Translations under genes and position numbers: made by a program | Assembly (NCBI GenBank): GCA_938083505.1 | Contig: CALKCF010000006.1 | Span: forward strand, 119,047 to 183,046 | Direction of reading: 5' to 3' | DNA: 64,000 nt | Source of the DNA: an uncultured archaeon | GTDB taxonomy: Archaea; Thermoproteota; Nitrososphaeria_A; Caldarchaeales; Wolframiiraptoraceae | Shown: positions 9,509 through 20,300 of the stretch, in pieces | Position numbering within the stretch: the stretch's first letter is position 1 | Layout of the letters: each line of letters opens with the position of its first letter | The notes under the pieces: model-generated | Database searches by the model: none | Told to the model about the DNA's origin: nothing | What the model saw: the letters and a program-made list of their open reading frames with translations, nothing else

Positions 9509-10951
9509 ATGAGGATAAAGGTTTATAACACCCTTACCAAGCGGTTGGAAGATTTCGAACCTTTCGAAGGCAATTTTGTTAAGATGTATGTATGTGGACC
9601 GACTGTCCAAGATGTGGCACATCTGGGTCATGCAAGAACCTATATAGCTTTTGACGCCATAATAAGATTTCTTGAATACCGGGGGTACAGGGTGTTTTAT
9701 GTTAGGAACATCACGGATGTCGGACACATAAGGGAGGAGTCTGGAAGGGATAGAATACTTGAGGGAGCTGATAGGGAAAAGCTTGAACCAATGGAGCTCG
9801 TGGATAAGTACATGTTGATGTTTTTTGAGGATATGGATGCATTAAAGCTCAGAAGACCGAACATACAACCTAGGGCAACGATGCACATACTGGATATGAT
9901 CGAGGTTATTAAGTCGTTAATAGAAAAAGGCTATGCATATGAGGTAAATGGTAACGTATACTTTGATGTCTCAAAATTCCCAGATTATGGCAAGTTATCC
10001 GGAATCAAGTACGAAGAACTCATTAAGCATAGAATAGAGCCTGACCCAAGGAAGAGGAATCCGGCCGACTTCGCACTTTGGAAGAAAGCTGAAAAGGGGT
10101 ATCTTCTAAAGTGGCCTAGCATATGGGGTGAGGGGTTTCCTGGATGGCATATAGAATGCTCGGTCATGAGCATGAAATACTTGGGACCGCAGATAGATAT
10201 TCATGGTGGTGGGCAAGAGCTCATACTACCCCATCACGAGAACGAGATAGCCCAGTCAGAAGCGCATACAGGTAAGAAACCTTTTGTTAAGTATTGGTTA
10301 CACACTGGCTACTTAACAATAGCTGGTGAAAAGATGTCAAAATCCTTAGGAAACTTTGTGACGATAAGAGAGACGTTGAAAAAGTACGATGCTGACACTA
10401 TAAGGTTTTTCGTACTTTCCTCACACTACAGAAGTAACATAGATTATAACGAAGAAACCATGAGGAGAGCGGCGGACGCTATCGATAGAATTAAGTCTAC
10501 ACTAAGAGATCTATATTATGAAAAAGAGGATGCCCGTTTAGGAGATGATGAAACAGTATCGAAGGTTTGCGCAGAAATGAGGAGGAGATTTATAGAAGCC
10601 ATGGAGATGGATTTCAACACACCCGAAGCCCTCTCTGTAATTCATGAATTGACACGTAAAGCGAACGCGTACCTCTCGTCAAAGGCTGTAACAAAAACAG
10701 GAATCGATACTTACTACAATACGATACTAGAGCTTTGTAACTCCGTAGGTCTTCTGCAAAACTTTAAACCGAATATAGAAATGGATAATTTTATGGTTTC
10801 AGGAATTTTAAGGATACTGCTTAATCTTAGGGAAGAATTAAGGAAAAGGGGCATATACGATTTAAGCGACCGTATTAGAGAAGACCTCAAAGAAATTGGG
10901 ATGTTTATCGAAGATACGAAGGAAGGGCAAAGGATAAGGTTGAAGAAGTAA
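9509..10951 (+). CDS. cysS: Cysteinyl-tRNA synthetase
   Basis: MYVCGPTV, HLGH, DFALWK, PGWHIECS, HHENE, KMSKS. Confidence 0.98.
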   Translation: MRIKVYNTLTKRLEDFEPFEGNFVKMYVCGPTVQDVAHLGHARTYIAFDAIIRFLEYRGYRVFYVRNITDVGHIREESGRDRILEGADREKLEPMELVDKYMLMFFEDMDALKLRRPNIQPRATMHILDMIEVIKSLIEKGYAYEVNGNVYFDVSKFPDYGKLSGIKYEELIKHRIEPDPRKRNPADFALWKKAEKGYLLKWPSIWGEGFPGWHIECSVMSMKYLGPQIDIHGGGQELILPHHENEIAQSEAHTGKKPFVKYWLHTGYLTIAGEKMSKSLGNFVTIRETLKKYDADTIRFFVLSSHYRSNIDYNEETMRRAADAIDRIKSTLRDLYYEKEDARLGDDETVSKVCAEMRRRFIEAMEMDFNTPEALSVIHELTRKANAYLSSKAVTKTGIDTYYNTILELCNSVGLLQNFKPNIEMDNFMVSGILRILLNLREELRKRGIYDLSDRIREDLKEIGMFIEDTKEGQRIRLKK

Positions 10952-11006
10952 CGTCTAACTAGTTTTATATACCTTAGCGCTTTATGAACAAGTAGGGTGT
11001 TGTAAA

Positions 11007-11708
11007 CTGAAAGCAGTAATTCTCGCAGGAGGTTATGGGAAAAGGCTCAGACCCCTGACTGAGAACGTTCCAAAACCACTACTCAACGTTTTAGGAAAAC
11101 CGATACTCTGCTGGCAATTTGAGTGGTTAAAGGCTCATAACATCACCGAGATAATAATATGCACCGGTCATTTAAAAGAAAAGATCATAGGCGACGTTGG
11201 TAGCGGCCAGAAGTTCGGCGTGAAGGTGGGTTATCTTGTGGAAGATGAGCCGTTAGGGACCGGTGGGGCTCTTAACAATGCAGCACACCTTCTTAGCAAA
11301 GATAAGTCATTTATTGTAATTAATGGTGACGTATTAACAAACCTGAATCCAATAGAGTTAGTCGAAGCGCTTCGGGATGATATTATTGGGGCCATAGCTG
11401 TGATTCCTTTACCATCACCTTACGGTGTAGTGACTTTCGATAATACTACGTTTAAGATAATCGAGTTTAAGGAGAAGCCCAGGCTTTCAGATTATTGGAT
11501 AAATGCTGGCATCTATGCCTTTACCCCTAAGGTCTTCGATCACTTACCACGGCAGGGCGATTTGGAGAAGACTACTTTCCCAGAGTTGGCGAGTCGGGGG
11601 TTGCTTAAAGCTGTGCCGTTTAAAGAATGTGAGTGGATAAGTATAGACACTTATAAAGATCTTGAAGATGCGGCAAAACTCTTAAAGAGCTTAAGCTTTA
11701 ATCATTAA
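11007..11708 (+). CDS. Sugar-phosphate nucleotidyltransferase; probable CTG start
   Basis: Frame extends 71 codons upstream of the ORF-track start to (L)KAVILAGGYGKRLRPLT...PKPL; EPLGTGG, NGDV, FKEKP, INAGIY. Confidence 0.9.
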   Translation: MKAVILAGGYGKRLRPLTENVPKPLLNVLGKPILCWQFEWLKAHNITEIIICTGHLKEKIIGDVGSGQKFGVKVGYLVEDEPLGTGGALNNAAHLLSKDKSFIVINGDVLTNLNPIELVEALRDDIIGAIAVIPLPSPYGVVTFDNTTFKIIEFKEKPRLSDYWINAGIYAFTPKVFDHLPRQGDLEKTTFPELASRGLLKAVPFKECEWISIDTYKDLEDAAKLLKSLSFNH

Positions 11709-11714
11709 GCGACG

Positions 11715-12221
11715 TTATAGCTTTTTCGCCATGACGTATGCATCTTCACCATCCATATAATAATGTGCCAGCACCTCTACTTTCTGGAAGCCAAGTTTCT
11801 CATACATTACAATAGCTGGTTTATTGGAGACCCTTACTTCTAGATAAACTTCGTAGCAGTTATAATCGTGCTTCAGAGCTTCCATCGCACATTTCATCAG
11901 GGCCGTACCTATGTGCATCCGTCTGTAATTTGGAAGAACTGCTATGGATACTATGTGACCTACCTTCTTCAGCTTAAGCCTTTCTATCTTCGAAAATGTC
12001 CGTTCTACCCTACACATAACATAGCCTACTATCTTCCTGTCACATTCTGCGACAAAGAAAGCTTTCGGAGCATCCCTATAGAGCGTTTCGAAGAAAGAGA
12101 ACGTATAATTTTCCGGGAGACATAATCTGTTAATATGCATTACTTGAAGTAAATCGTTCGGATTTACATTCCTTATAACAATGTTTGGTGGGGTTTCGAT
12201 ATATCTCGAAAGACCTTCCAC
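11715..12221 (-). CDS. Ard1/RimI-family N-terminal acetyltransferase
   Basis: LPENY, GHIVSIAV...YRR..IG, LEVRVSN..A..MYEKLGF, YYMDGEDA. Confidence 0.92.
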   Translation of the reverse strand: MEGLSRYIETPPNIVIRNVNPNDLLQVMHINRLCLPENYTFSFFETLYRDAPKAFFVAECDRKIVGYVMCRVERTFSKIERLKLKKVGHIVSIAVLPNYRRMHIGTALMKCAMEALKHDYNCYEVYLEVRVSNKPAIVMYEKLGFQKVEVLAHYYMDGEDAYVMAKKL

Positions 12222-12292
12222 GCACGGTCACCAACACATATCTTCATTCTAAGGATTAGATAAAGATATTTATTGAGGTTTTGACGTAAAGA

Positions 12293-13411
12293 TTGTTGCG
12301 AGAGTATTTGTCAGAATTCGGGTACGGCCTAGCCGAGTTAGAGAACATAAAGACTTTTATTACAAAAAGATTTACCGTCGAGGATGTGTTTTTTGAGGAA
12401 AATATTCTTTCCTTTATTATAAAGGAACGTTACATTAAAGAACCATTCAAAGAGTTGGTTTTTGACCTAAGAAGCATCGGATATGTTCCAATAGCAGTTC
12501 AGGAAGGTGACAGGATACTTATAAGAGTGTTTCCCTACAGAAAAGTCGTCGAGAAAACGAGCAGGATACCTTTGATATTGTTCTTCGTTACACTCGGCAC
12601 AGTATCTATCGATGGTTATTTACGTTCTCTATCGTATGCCGACATATTTTCTAGAACATTCGGCCAGTTTAATGTTATAGAGGTTTTATTAAACACATTG
12701 CTTTTCTCCGTCGCTCTAATGTCTATAATAGGTCTGCATGAATTTGGTCACCTCCTTTCGGCTAAGGCTAGCGGCATGGATGCAACACCTCCATACTTCA
12801 TACCAGGAGTGCCAGGCCTTATGCCGACGTTCGGAGCGGTCATATTCCAAAAAGACCCCGCGATTAACAAAGACAGCCTATTCGACAGCGGCATAAGCGG
12901 TCCTGTCATGGGGTTCATCGCAAGCATGTTTGTAGCGATAGCCGCCTTCTTGACAGCTAACTGGCTGAGCGTATCAGAATACGAATTTGTCCAGACATTA
13001 ATAGCAAGGGAGGGGGGCGTGTTTCTACCTTCGCCGCTCGCATTCTATTTGCTCAGACCTATTTTTGGTAAACCGGATATGGTACCCTTCTTTTCCACAT
13101 TAGGTTTCGCAGCATGGCTTGGTATGGTTGTGACTGCGATAAATTTATTCCCTGCATGGCAGCTGGACGGTGGTAGAATCTTCAGACCCATACTATCGAG
13201 AAAGCAGTACATCATAGCTTCGTACGTTTCGGCACTTGCCTTAATAATAATGGGATATTTTTTGTTAGGCATCTTAATCTTACTCATATCTTCCCGAACA
13301 CCTGATATAGTGCCGCTCGACCAGGTCTCACCACTTTCGAAGAAAAGGAAGTTAGCCCTTTTGGGAGTTGTTGGAATTCTCGTTCTGACCTTTGTCCCTC
13401 TCTCCTTCTAA
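12293..13411 (+). CDS. Site-2 protease (M50 family)
   Basis: HEFGH, PYFIP, GPVMG, NLFPAWQLDGG; multiple TM. Confidence 0.93.
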   Translation: MLREYLSEFGYGLAELENIKTFITKRFTVEDVFFEENILSFIIKERYIKEPFKELVFDLRSIGYVPIAVQEGDRILIRVFPYRKVVEKTSRIPLILFFVTLGTVSIDGYLRSLSYADIFSRTFGQFNVIEVLLNTLLFSVALMSIIGLHEFGHLLSAKASGMDATPPYFIPGVPGLMPTFGAVIFQKDPAINKDSLFDSGISGPVMGFIASMFVAIAAFLTANWLSVSEYEFVQTLIAREGGVFLPSPLAFYLLRPIFGKPDMVPFFSTLGFAAWLGMVVTAINLFPAWQLDGGRIFRPILSRKQYIIASYVSALALIIMGYFLLGILILLISSRTPDIVPLDQVSPLSKKRKLALLGVVGILVLTFVPLSF

Positions 13412-14599
13412 AGATACCGAAATTCTTGAACCATCCGGGACAAACGTTACGTTACATTCTTTTCCTTTTATCCTTAAGGCATAGGAGAGTGCATCCGATA
13501 ATGTGTCAAATGCTTTTGCTCCCAACAACCTTTCTACGTAGGTCTTAGGCAGAGTCGAGACCAGAACTATCTTGTACTTTCTATACAAGAGTTTAAACTT
13601 ATTGATGAGTACCGCTTCATGATGGATTATGCTTGACGGACGATAATCATCTTTCTCTAATACGTACCTGCTAAGCTCTGTTACAAATTCAGGACTGCCT
13701 AATCCATTAGTACACTCGCTTACTAGTATTAGGACGCCGTCATTCTTTATTATGTGTTCAAAGTTTCCTAAAGTTTGGAGTGTGTTCATCAATGTCGAAT
13801 CGTAAGGCGTACCTCCTGGGCTTACTATGAGTATGTCTGTTTTATCCTTTAACCTTACCGTTAGGACGTTATGTGCTAAATTGGACGCGGAGGCCGCAAC
13901 ACTTTCCGGCTGTCCCGCGAAAACTTTCACAAGCCCTTTTTTATCTGAGTGGACTGTTTGTAAGGCAATGCTGGGTTTAAGATTGTTAGCAAGCTCCCAC
14001 AGACTTTCTATACTCTTTGCACGTTTCGGTCTTGATTTTGTGTGCGTCGCCCCCATAATGATTGTGTGTCTGTAATCAAGTAGACCGTAAGTACCATGGT
14101 GCTCTGTAGGCAGGAGCACGATTTTAAGGTCGCTATTCAAGTAGTCTCGATGAACCTGGAGACCGCTAACATCCTCTAAAACCCATCCAGAAGATTCTGA
14201 GTAACGGTCCACAATGGCTACGTTAATATTAGTGACATCGACACCTTCAATGTTTGTGAAATTTTCAATCCCCACTTTACCGTATCTCCAAGGTGAAAGC
14301 AGCACGTGTAAAGATGCCCCATCGCTCTTGTGCTGAACAATAAAATCAATTACTTTTCTGTATACGCGTAAGAAACTTTCGGTCGGTAATTGGGTATCGA
14401 CCAAAAGCGAAATTTTCTTAGGCGGTCGTATTAACCTTTCGAACTCCCCATGCCCTAAACTCTCAATAGCTGACTCTGCCTCTGCTTCAACATTATTGAC
14501 CTCGACTGACCTACTCGGCTCTGCTACAACGCACTGTATTTCTGATGGTACGTCAACAAATATCTCCGTTTTGCCATACTTTAGCCAAATCTCGACCAA
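13352..14599 (-). CDS. LarA (lactate racemase)-like protein, degenerate active site
   Basis: LarA-type N-terminus (WLKYG), SPGGTPYD, GVLILVSECTNGLG, VPDG; catalytic motifs diverged. Confidence 0.7.
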   Translation of the reverse strand: MVEIWLKYGKTEIFVDVPSEIQCVVAEPSRSVEVNNVEAEAESAIESLGHGEFERLIRPPKKISLLVDTQLPTESFLRVYRKVIDFIVQHKSDGASLHVLLSPWRYGKVGIENFTNIEGVDVTNINVAIVDRYSESSGWVLEDVSGLQVHRDYLNSDLKIVLLPTEHHGTYGLLDYRHTIIMGATHTKSRPKRAKSIESLWELANNLKPSIALQTVHSDKKGLVKVFAGQPESVAASASNLAHNVLTVRLKDKTDILIVSPGGTPYDSTLMNTLQTLGNFEHIIKNDGVLILVSECTNGLGSPEFVTELSRYVLEKDDYRPSSIIHHEAVLINKFKLLYRKYKIVLVSTLPKTYVERLLGAKAFDTLSDALSYALRIKGKECNVTFVPDGSRISVSLEGERDKGQNENSNNSQKG

Positions 14600-14667
14600 A
14601 TCTTTCCGACCTTCCCATAGTAAGCTGATAAGATTGATATAAGTGATTATACGTATGTAACATCGCT

Positions 14668-15291
14668 ATGGAACCTCAAGAAATCCTTTCGTTTATATCT
14701 TCAAGGGCAAGCGCAAAGGTTCCGGGCGATGGTGATGTATCATTTGACGAGGTTATAAGAGCATTGGAGGTTGCAATCTCCGCACCGTCAGCGCACAATG
14801 CTCAACCCTGGAGATTCGTCATTGTCAAGGATTCAAAAGTGAAGGAAAAGCTGATCGAGGAAATGGCAGTCTCGTGGCGTGAAGATTTAAGGAGAGATGG
14901 GCTGGATGAGAAGATTATAGACGAAATCATAAGAACATCAACAGAGAGAAGCATGAATGCCTCAGCCATCATCGTAGTATGTCTTACGATGGAGAACATG
15001 CATAAGTACCCTGACGATAGGCGGAACAAATGCGAGTACATAATGGCAGTCCAATCAGTAGCCGCAGCAATAGAGAATATGCTTTTGGCATTCCATGCGA
15101 TGGGCATATCAGCCTGCTGGAGGTGCGGTGCATTATTTGCTCCGGAGGTTGTAAGGAAGGTTTTAAGACTTCCAAATACTTTCGAGCCGCAAGCGATCGT
15201 AGAGGTCTCACGTGGCGGCATCTCATCAAAACCTCCTAGGAAACCATTAAATGAGGTTGCGTGTCTGAACTTTTGGGGAAATTATATATGA
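14668..15291 (+). CDS. Nitroreductase-family protein, FbiB-C-terminal/FbiE-like (putative dehydro-F420 reductase)
   Basis: APSAHNAQPWRFV, W..DL..DG, YPD.RR, QSVAAAIENMLLA; ATGA overlap with cofD. Confidence 0.8.
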   Translation: MEPQEILSFISSRASAKVPGDGDVSFDEVIRALEVAISAPSAHNAQPWRFVIVKDSKVKEKLIEEMAVSWREDLRRDGLDEKIIDEIIRTSTERSMNASAIIVVCLTMENMHKYPDDRRNKCEYIMAVQSVAAAIENMLLAFHAMGISACWRCGALFAPEVVRKVLRLPNTFEPQAIVEVSRGGISSKPPRKPLNEVACLNFWGNYI

Positions 15292-16214
15292 TAACAGCTC
15301 TTGCTGGTGGTGTCGGAGCCGCCAAGCTTATTGATGGGCTCTCTTCGATAGTTCCACCTGAGAAGCTGACGATAATAGTGAATACGGGAGACGACTGCGA
15401 GTTTTACGGCCTACATATCTCGCCCGATGTCGACATAATCACCTATACTTTGGCAGGGCTGGTCGATGAGGAAAAAGGATGGGGTATAAAGAACGATACA
15501 TTTAACTGTCTTGATATGCTAAGGCTTTATGGTTATGATACGTGGTTCAAGCTCGGAGACAAAGATCTAGCAACCCATATCCATAGAACTATGATGTTGA
15601 AGTCTGGTTACAAGCTCTCCGAAGTAACGAGAGACATATGTGCTAAGCTCCGTATCAAGCAAAAGATCATACCAATGACCGATGACTACTTCGCGACGAA
15701 AATAAAGACTGATAGGGATACTCTGCATTTTCAAGAATATTTGGTGAAAAGGGGCTCTGTTGATGTCGTTCGCGATATTATATACGACGGTGCTGAGGTT
15801 GCAAAGCCGGCACCAGGTGTTATAGAGTCGATAATGGATGCTGAGATCATCATAATATGTCCGAGCAACCCTTTAGTGAGTATAGGCACGATACTTGCCA
15901 TTAAGGGCGTGCGTCAAGCCCTGAAGGGGGCCAAAGCCAAGAAGGTTGCGGTTTCACCTATAATTGGCGGTACCGTAGTCAAGGGACCTGCAGACAAAAT
16001 GATGAAGTACTTAGGCATGGAAGTCTCCGCTCTAGGTGTAGCCAAACTTTATTCCGACTTCTTAGACATATTCGTAATAGACGAGGTTGACGCTCCACTT
16101 GCGCATGAGGTTGAAAAGCTGGGCATAAAGGCTGTTATAACCAACACGCTGATGAGGACCAGAGAAGATAGGATCAGGTTAGCGAAGTTCGTCTTAGATA
16201 TTGCTTCTACATAA
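15288..16214 (+). CDS. cofD: 2-phospho-L-lactate transferase
   Basis: LAGGVGAAK, VNTGDD, SPDVD, WFKLGDKDLATH, PMTDD, PSNPLVSI, VSPIIGG, KGPA. Confidence 0.96.
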   Translation: MITALAGGVGAAKLIDGLSSIVPPEKLTIIVNTGDDCEFYGLHISPDVDIITYTLAGLVDEEKGWGIKNDTFNCLDMLRLYGYDTWFKLGDKDLATHIHRTMMLKSGYKLSEVTRDICAKLRIKQKIIPMTDDYFATKIKTDRDTLHFQEYLVKRGSVDVVRDIIYDGAEVAKPAPGVIESIMDAEIIIICPSNPLVSIGTILAIKGVRQALKGAKAKKVAVSPIIGGTVVKGPADKMMKYLGMEVSALGVAKLYSDFLDIFVIDEVDAPLAHEVEKLGIKAVITNTLMRTREDRIRLAKFVLDIAST

Positions 16215-16222
16215 AGAAAAGC

Positions 16223-17236
16223 TTAAGGTACCAAGACGGCTCTTGTCCTGACCTCACTCCTTTTCAGCTTTTTGAGGACCTCGTTCACTTTTTCTAAGGG
16301 ATATTTCTCGCAGACGGGTTTTATCTTTCCGGCACGTGCCAACTCTATCACGTCCCTCATCATCCATCTGGAGCCGATCACTGAGCCGACTATCCTTTTC
16401 TCCTCATGGAAGAAGAATTCGCCAAGTTTGATGTGAACACCAATGACAACAGTTCCGGACGGTTTTGTGATCCTTATCGCTTGCTCAGCAACAACATCCG
16501 AGGGGGCAAAGACTATACTGGAATCGACCCCACCCAGTTTTTTTATCTCCTCCACCGGGTCGCTGGTTGATGAATTTATTATTACATCGGCCCCCAGCTC
16601 CTTTGCCACCTCCAAATGCTCTCTGCTCCTGCTGACCGCTATGATCTCAGCACCATAAAGTTTAGCAATTTGGACGACCATGTGACCTACTCCGCCTATA
16701 CCGAAGACTGCCACTCTCTTCCCTGGCTTTAGCTCCGCCTTAAGTACTGCACCATATGCTGTTATACCAGGACAAAACAGCGGAGCAGCTTCAATTGGGT
16801 CTAGGTTATCAGGTATTGGATAGACGTACCGCCAGTCGGCAAGAACGTACTCGGCGTATCCGCCATCAACGGTCTCACCAGTTATCTTCTTACCAGGGCA
16901 AAGGTGCTCAAGTCCCTTTAGACAGTATTCACACTTACCGCAGGCAGTCCAGAGCGGTTGAATACCCACCCTCTGTCCAATACTCAAACCCTCCACACCT
17001 CGACCTAATTCGTGTATCGTACCTACTATTTCATGTCCGGGTATTATCGGTGACTTTGACGGCAAACCATACTTGACCCAATCCCCCTCGATCATGTGTA
17101 GGTTTGACCTGCATACGCCGCATGCTTCTACTTTAACTATAATCTGTCCATCTTTTGGTTCAGGTATGGGTACATCCTCAACAACAATCGGATCATTCTC
17201 GACGGGTGCCGGCTTATAGAGAAGTGCTGCTTTCAT
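16223..17236 (-). CDS. Zinc-dependent alcohol dehydrogenase (MDR family)
   Basis: CGVC, PGHEIVG, CGKCEYC...C, GGYAEY, GIGGVG. Confidence 0.95.
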   Translation of the reverse strand: MKAALLYKPAPVENDPIVVEDVPIPEPKDGQIIVKVEACGVCRSNLHMIEGDWVKYGLPSKSPIIPGHEIVGTIHELGRGVEGLSIGQRVGIQPLWTACGKCEYCLKGLEHLCPGKKITGETVDGGYAEYVLADWRYVYPIPDNLDPIEAAPLFCPGITAYGAVLKAELKPGKRVAVFGIGGVGHMVVQIAKLYGAEIIAVSRSREHLEVAKELGADVIINSSTSDPVEEIKKLGGVDSSIVFAPSDVVAEQAIRITKPSGTVVIGVHIKLGEFFFHEEKRIVGSVIGSRWMMRDVIELARAGKIKPVCEKYPLEKVNEVLKKLKRSEVRTRAVLVP

Positions 17237-17321
17237 GTTTAGCAGATTCTAAATTATTTCTTATAAAATTAACTCTTTGCTATCGTGTAGGTGCATGAAA
17301 TTTTCGTAGCGGGATGTATTT

Positions 17322-20300
17322 TTAGCTTATCTTTTTGATCTCCTCGTAGACATCTTTTAGCATATCCTCATAGTTGGTCGCCCTTCTTTCAACATCATCC
17401 ATCATCTTAAGCAGAAGCCTAGTCCTCTCTTCAGAGACAAAACTACCATAATTCTTCTCTAAAAATTCAAAGACCTTGCGTCCAACAATTGTTGGAAGCA
17501 GCAGGCGCTTCTTTTCTATAACGTACTTCCTCCGAAAAAGTTTATCAATTATGGTTGCGTACGTGGAGGGCCTACCGATTGCTTTCTCCTTCATGAGCCT
17601 TATTATATCGGCCTGCGTGTATGGGTAAGCGAAAGGTACTACCCGGTATTCTAACTCAACATCGTGGACACCTTCCGGAAGTTCCTTTTCAATAACTATA
17701 CTTCTATAGAGCTCTAAAGCCCTTCCTTTTGCTTCGACTATCCTCTCAACTACCTTTTCCTTATCCAAGAACTTCACTAAGTATTTTTTGACCTTGACTT
17801 CAAACTCACGGCATTGACTTGCCATGAAACGCCTGAAGATTAGGTCATAAAGAGCGAAATGATCAGCCATCATTCCCTCAGCCGGTATGACTTCTTCATA
17901 GATCATCCTTTGGAGTGTAAACCTGTCCCAATGTCTCGTTGGCCTTATGCATTCATGGGCGCCCATAGCCATGGACGGACGCCTGCCTACAAAATCCTTA
18001 CCGAGAAATTCCTTTGCAATCCTTAACCCGACATCACTTACGTATGTTGAATCCGTTCTATGATAAGTGATCATACCGTTCTCGAAAAGGTCCTGGGCCA
18101 ATTTCATTGCAACATCAGAGCTCAGATGCAATATACGGTTAACATCCTTCAACATCTCATCCGTTGTATAGGGCGGGGGTGGTAAGCGCTTTTCCCACTT
18201 CTCTTCTATCAGCGAAATTTCTACACGTAGCCGTTTCTGTTCACTTTCCAGCTCTTCAAAGGTTAAGCCTAATTGCTGAGCGTAAGCAACCTTCTTTTTC
18301 TTCTTAAATTCATCCATGCGCTGGATAACCCACCCCAGAACAGGTGTCTGAACCCTGCCTGCGGATAAGTTATAATCCCCAAAATGTTTCCAGAGAATCT
18401 GTGAAAGGACGAACCCTATCCATCTGTCCTCTATCCTTCGAAGTATTTGGGCCTTCACCAGATCCTCGTTAACATCCCTTAAGTTTGAAAGGGCTCTCAT
18501 TATCGTCATAGGTGTTACTTCATGGAACTCGATACGCTTTAACTCAGCTAACCCACTCAATATGTTTTTCAGGTCCCAAGCGATCTTCTCACCTTCAGCA
18601 TCCGGGTCTGTACCTATAATGACGAGCCCTGTTTGGTAAGCAAGGTTTCTGATACTCTCTATCCTTCCTGCCGAATCATCTATATCGTCATATCCACACG
18701 TCGGACACCTATCCTGTTTGTTGGTAAATTGGTAGCCGCACCGTCTACACCGCTTTATTGTTGCGTATATTGGTATAAAGTTGTCGTTAACCTGAACCCC
18801 ATGAAAACCTCTATTTGTAACTAAATCGACCATGTGACCTAAGCATGCGGTTATGGATAGCACGTAATTTTGGGTTGCAACCTCATATACAACTAAATTA
18901 TCAATAACTCTGATACTTGGACGTCCAAAAAACCTGGAGATTATTCTCGCTTTTGTCGGGCTTTCAACAATGAACAATGCAGGTTTTATCGTTTCAACAG
19001 CACGATTCCCAGGCATTCTTGTCTTGTCGATCTCTTTCTTTAGCGATTCAAAGTCGGATTCGTTAAAAGCCTTAAACACTATATCATAATATTTTGCTCT
19101 TTTGATGAATGCGTTAAGTATTTCTTCGTCTTTTTCTAATAAAAACGATGCACCTTTTGTCAGACCGTTAATGGTCAGCCTTGATGACCTTCCAGAACCT
19201 TGGATGTAAGTTTTAACATCCGGAAGCACTATCTCATTTTCTTTTACGACGAAGTCCTCAGGTTTTCTCCTTTGTAAAATTTCGTTTATCAGCTTTTTTA
19301 TTTCTTCTAATTTTTCCGGATGTCTATCCAAACTAAGTATCAACGGAAGGTTTCTCCGTATGGACTCCTCCTGCAAACTTAAGGCCAGCGCCTTTATCAG
19401 CTTAGGTGTTAGAGTTTCATATCTAAATCTTAAGACAGGGGCACCTATGAAGATAACATACCTTATTTTCTGGGGAAGGTCCAACCCCCTAACAAGCAGG
19501 CCATAATAATACGATGTTCCAATCAAATGGTCAACCTTACCCTCACAAAAAAGCTCATAGTCCTCCTTTCTTCCAGCCAATACAAGCCCGATCCTAAATT
19601 CATTCTTCAATACTTTATAATACCTTTCAGCTTCCTCGCTATTTCGGGTATAAATTATGCACCCCTTACCCATTATTCTTAGAATCTCCTTTACTTTTTC
19701 CAACCCCTCCGATTTTGAGTAAAAATCCTCAATGTTTCTAACCGTGAAGAAAGATGAGCCGACATCGAAATTTAATAGTTTTCTAAACAATATCGTAGCC
19801 TTGCCTTTACTCGTGGTCGCCGTAGAGACCAGCAAAACACCTTTCGGTTTGCCGGTCCATTCTCCATCAACCTTACTAAAACCTAGAAGATGCAATACCC
19901 TCTCCACGTTTTTGGAAGTTTTTAGGATTGCGTCTACATCGTCAACAAATATTAATTCGAAATGAAAATTTTTAAGTTTCTCAAACCTCTTGGAAAGAAA
20001 AGCCGCAGTCGTTATGAGTACATTAAAGTCACCGTTCTTAAGAACTTCTTCAAACTTCTCCTTTTCTTTTTTCTTAATTTTCTCGTGATAAAAAGCTAAG
20101 GTTATGTCTCCCTTCTCATTCATGCCCGCATTTTTACCTATCCTTGAGCAAAAGTTTCTTAATTCGTCAACGCACTGCTCGACCAAAATTGTCGTGGGGA
20201 CTATAATGTAGCTTTTCTTTCCCTTTAATGCTAAGAATAGCGAAGCGATCAATCCAAAGGTAGTTTTTCCAATTCCTGTAGGAGCTACAACAGTAAAGCT

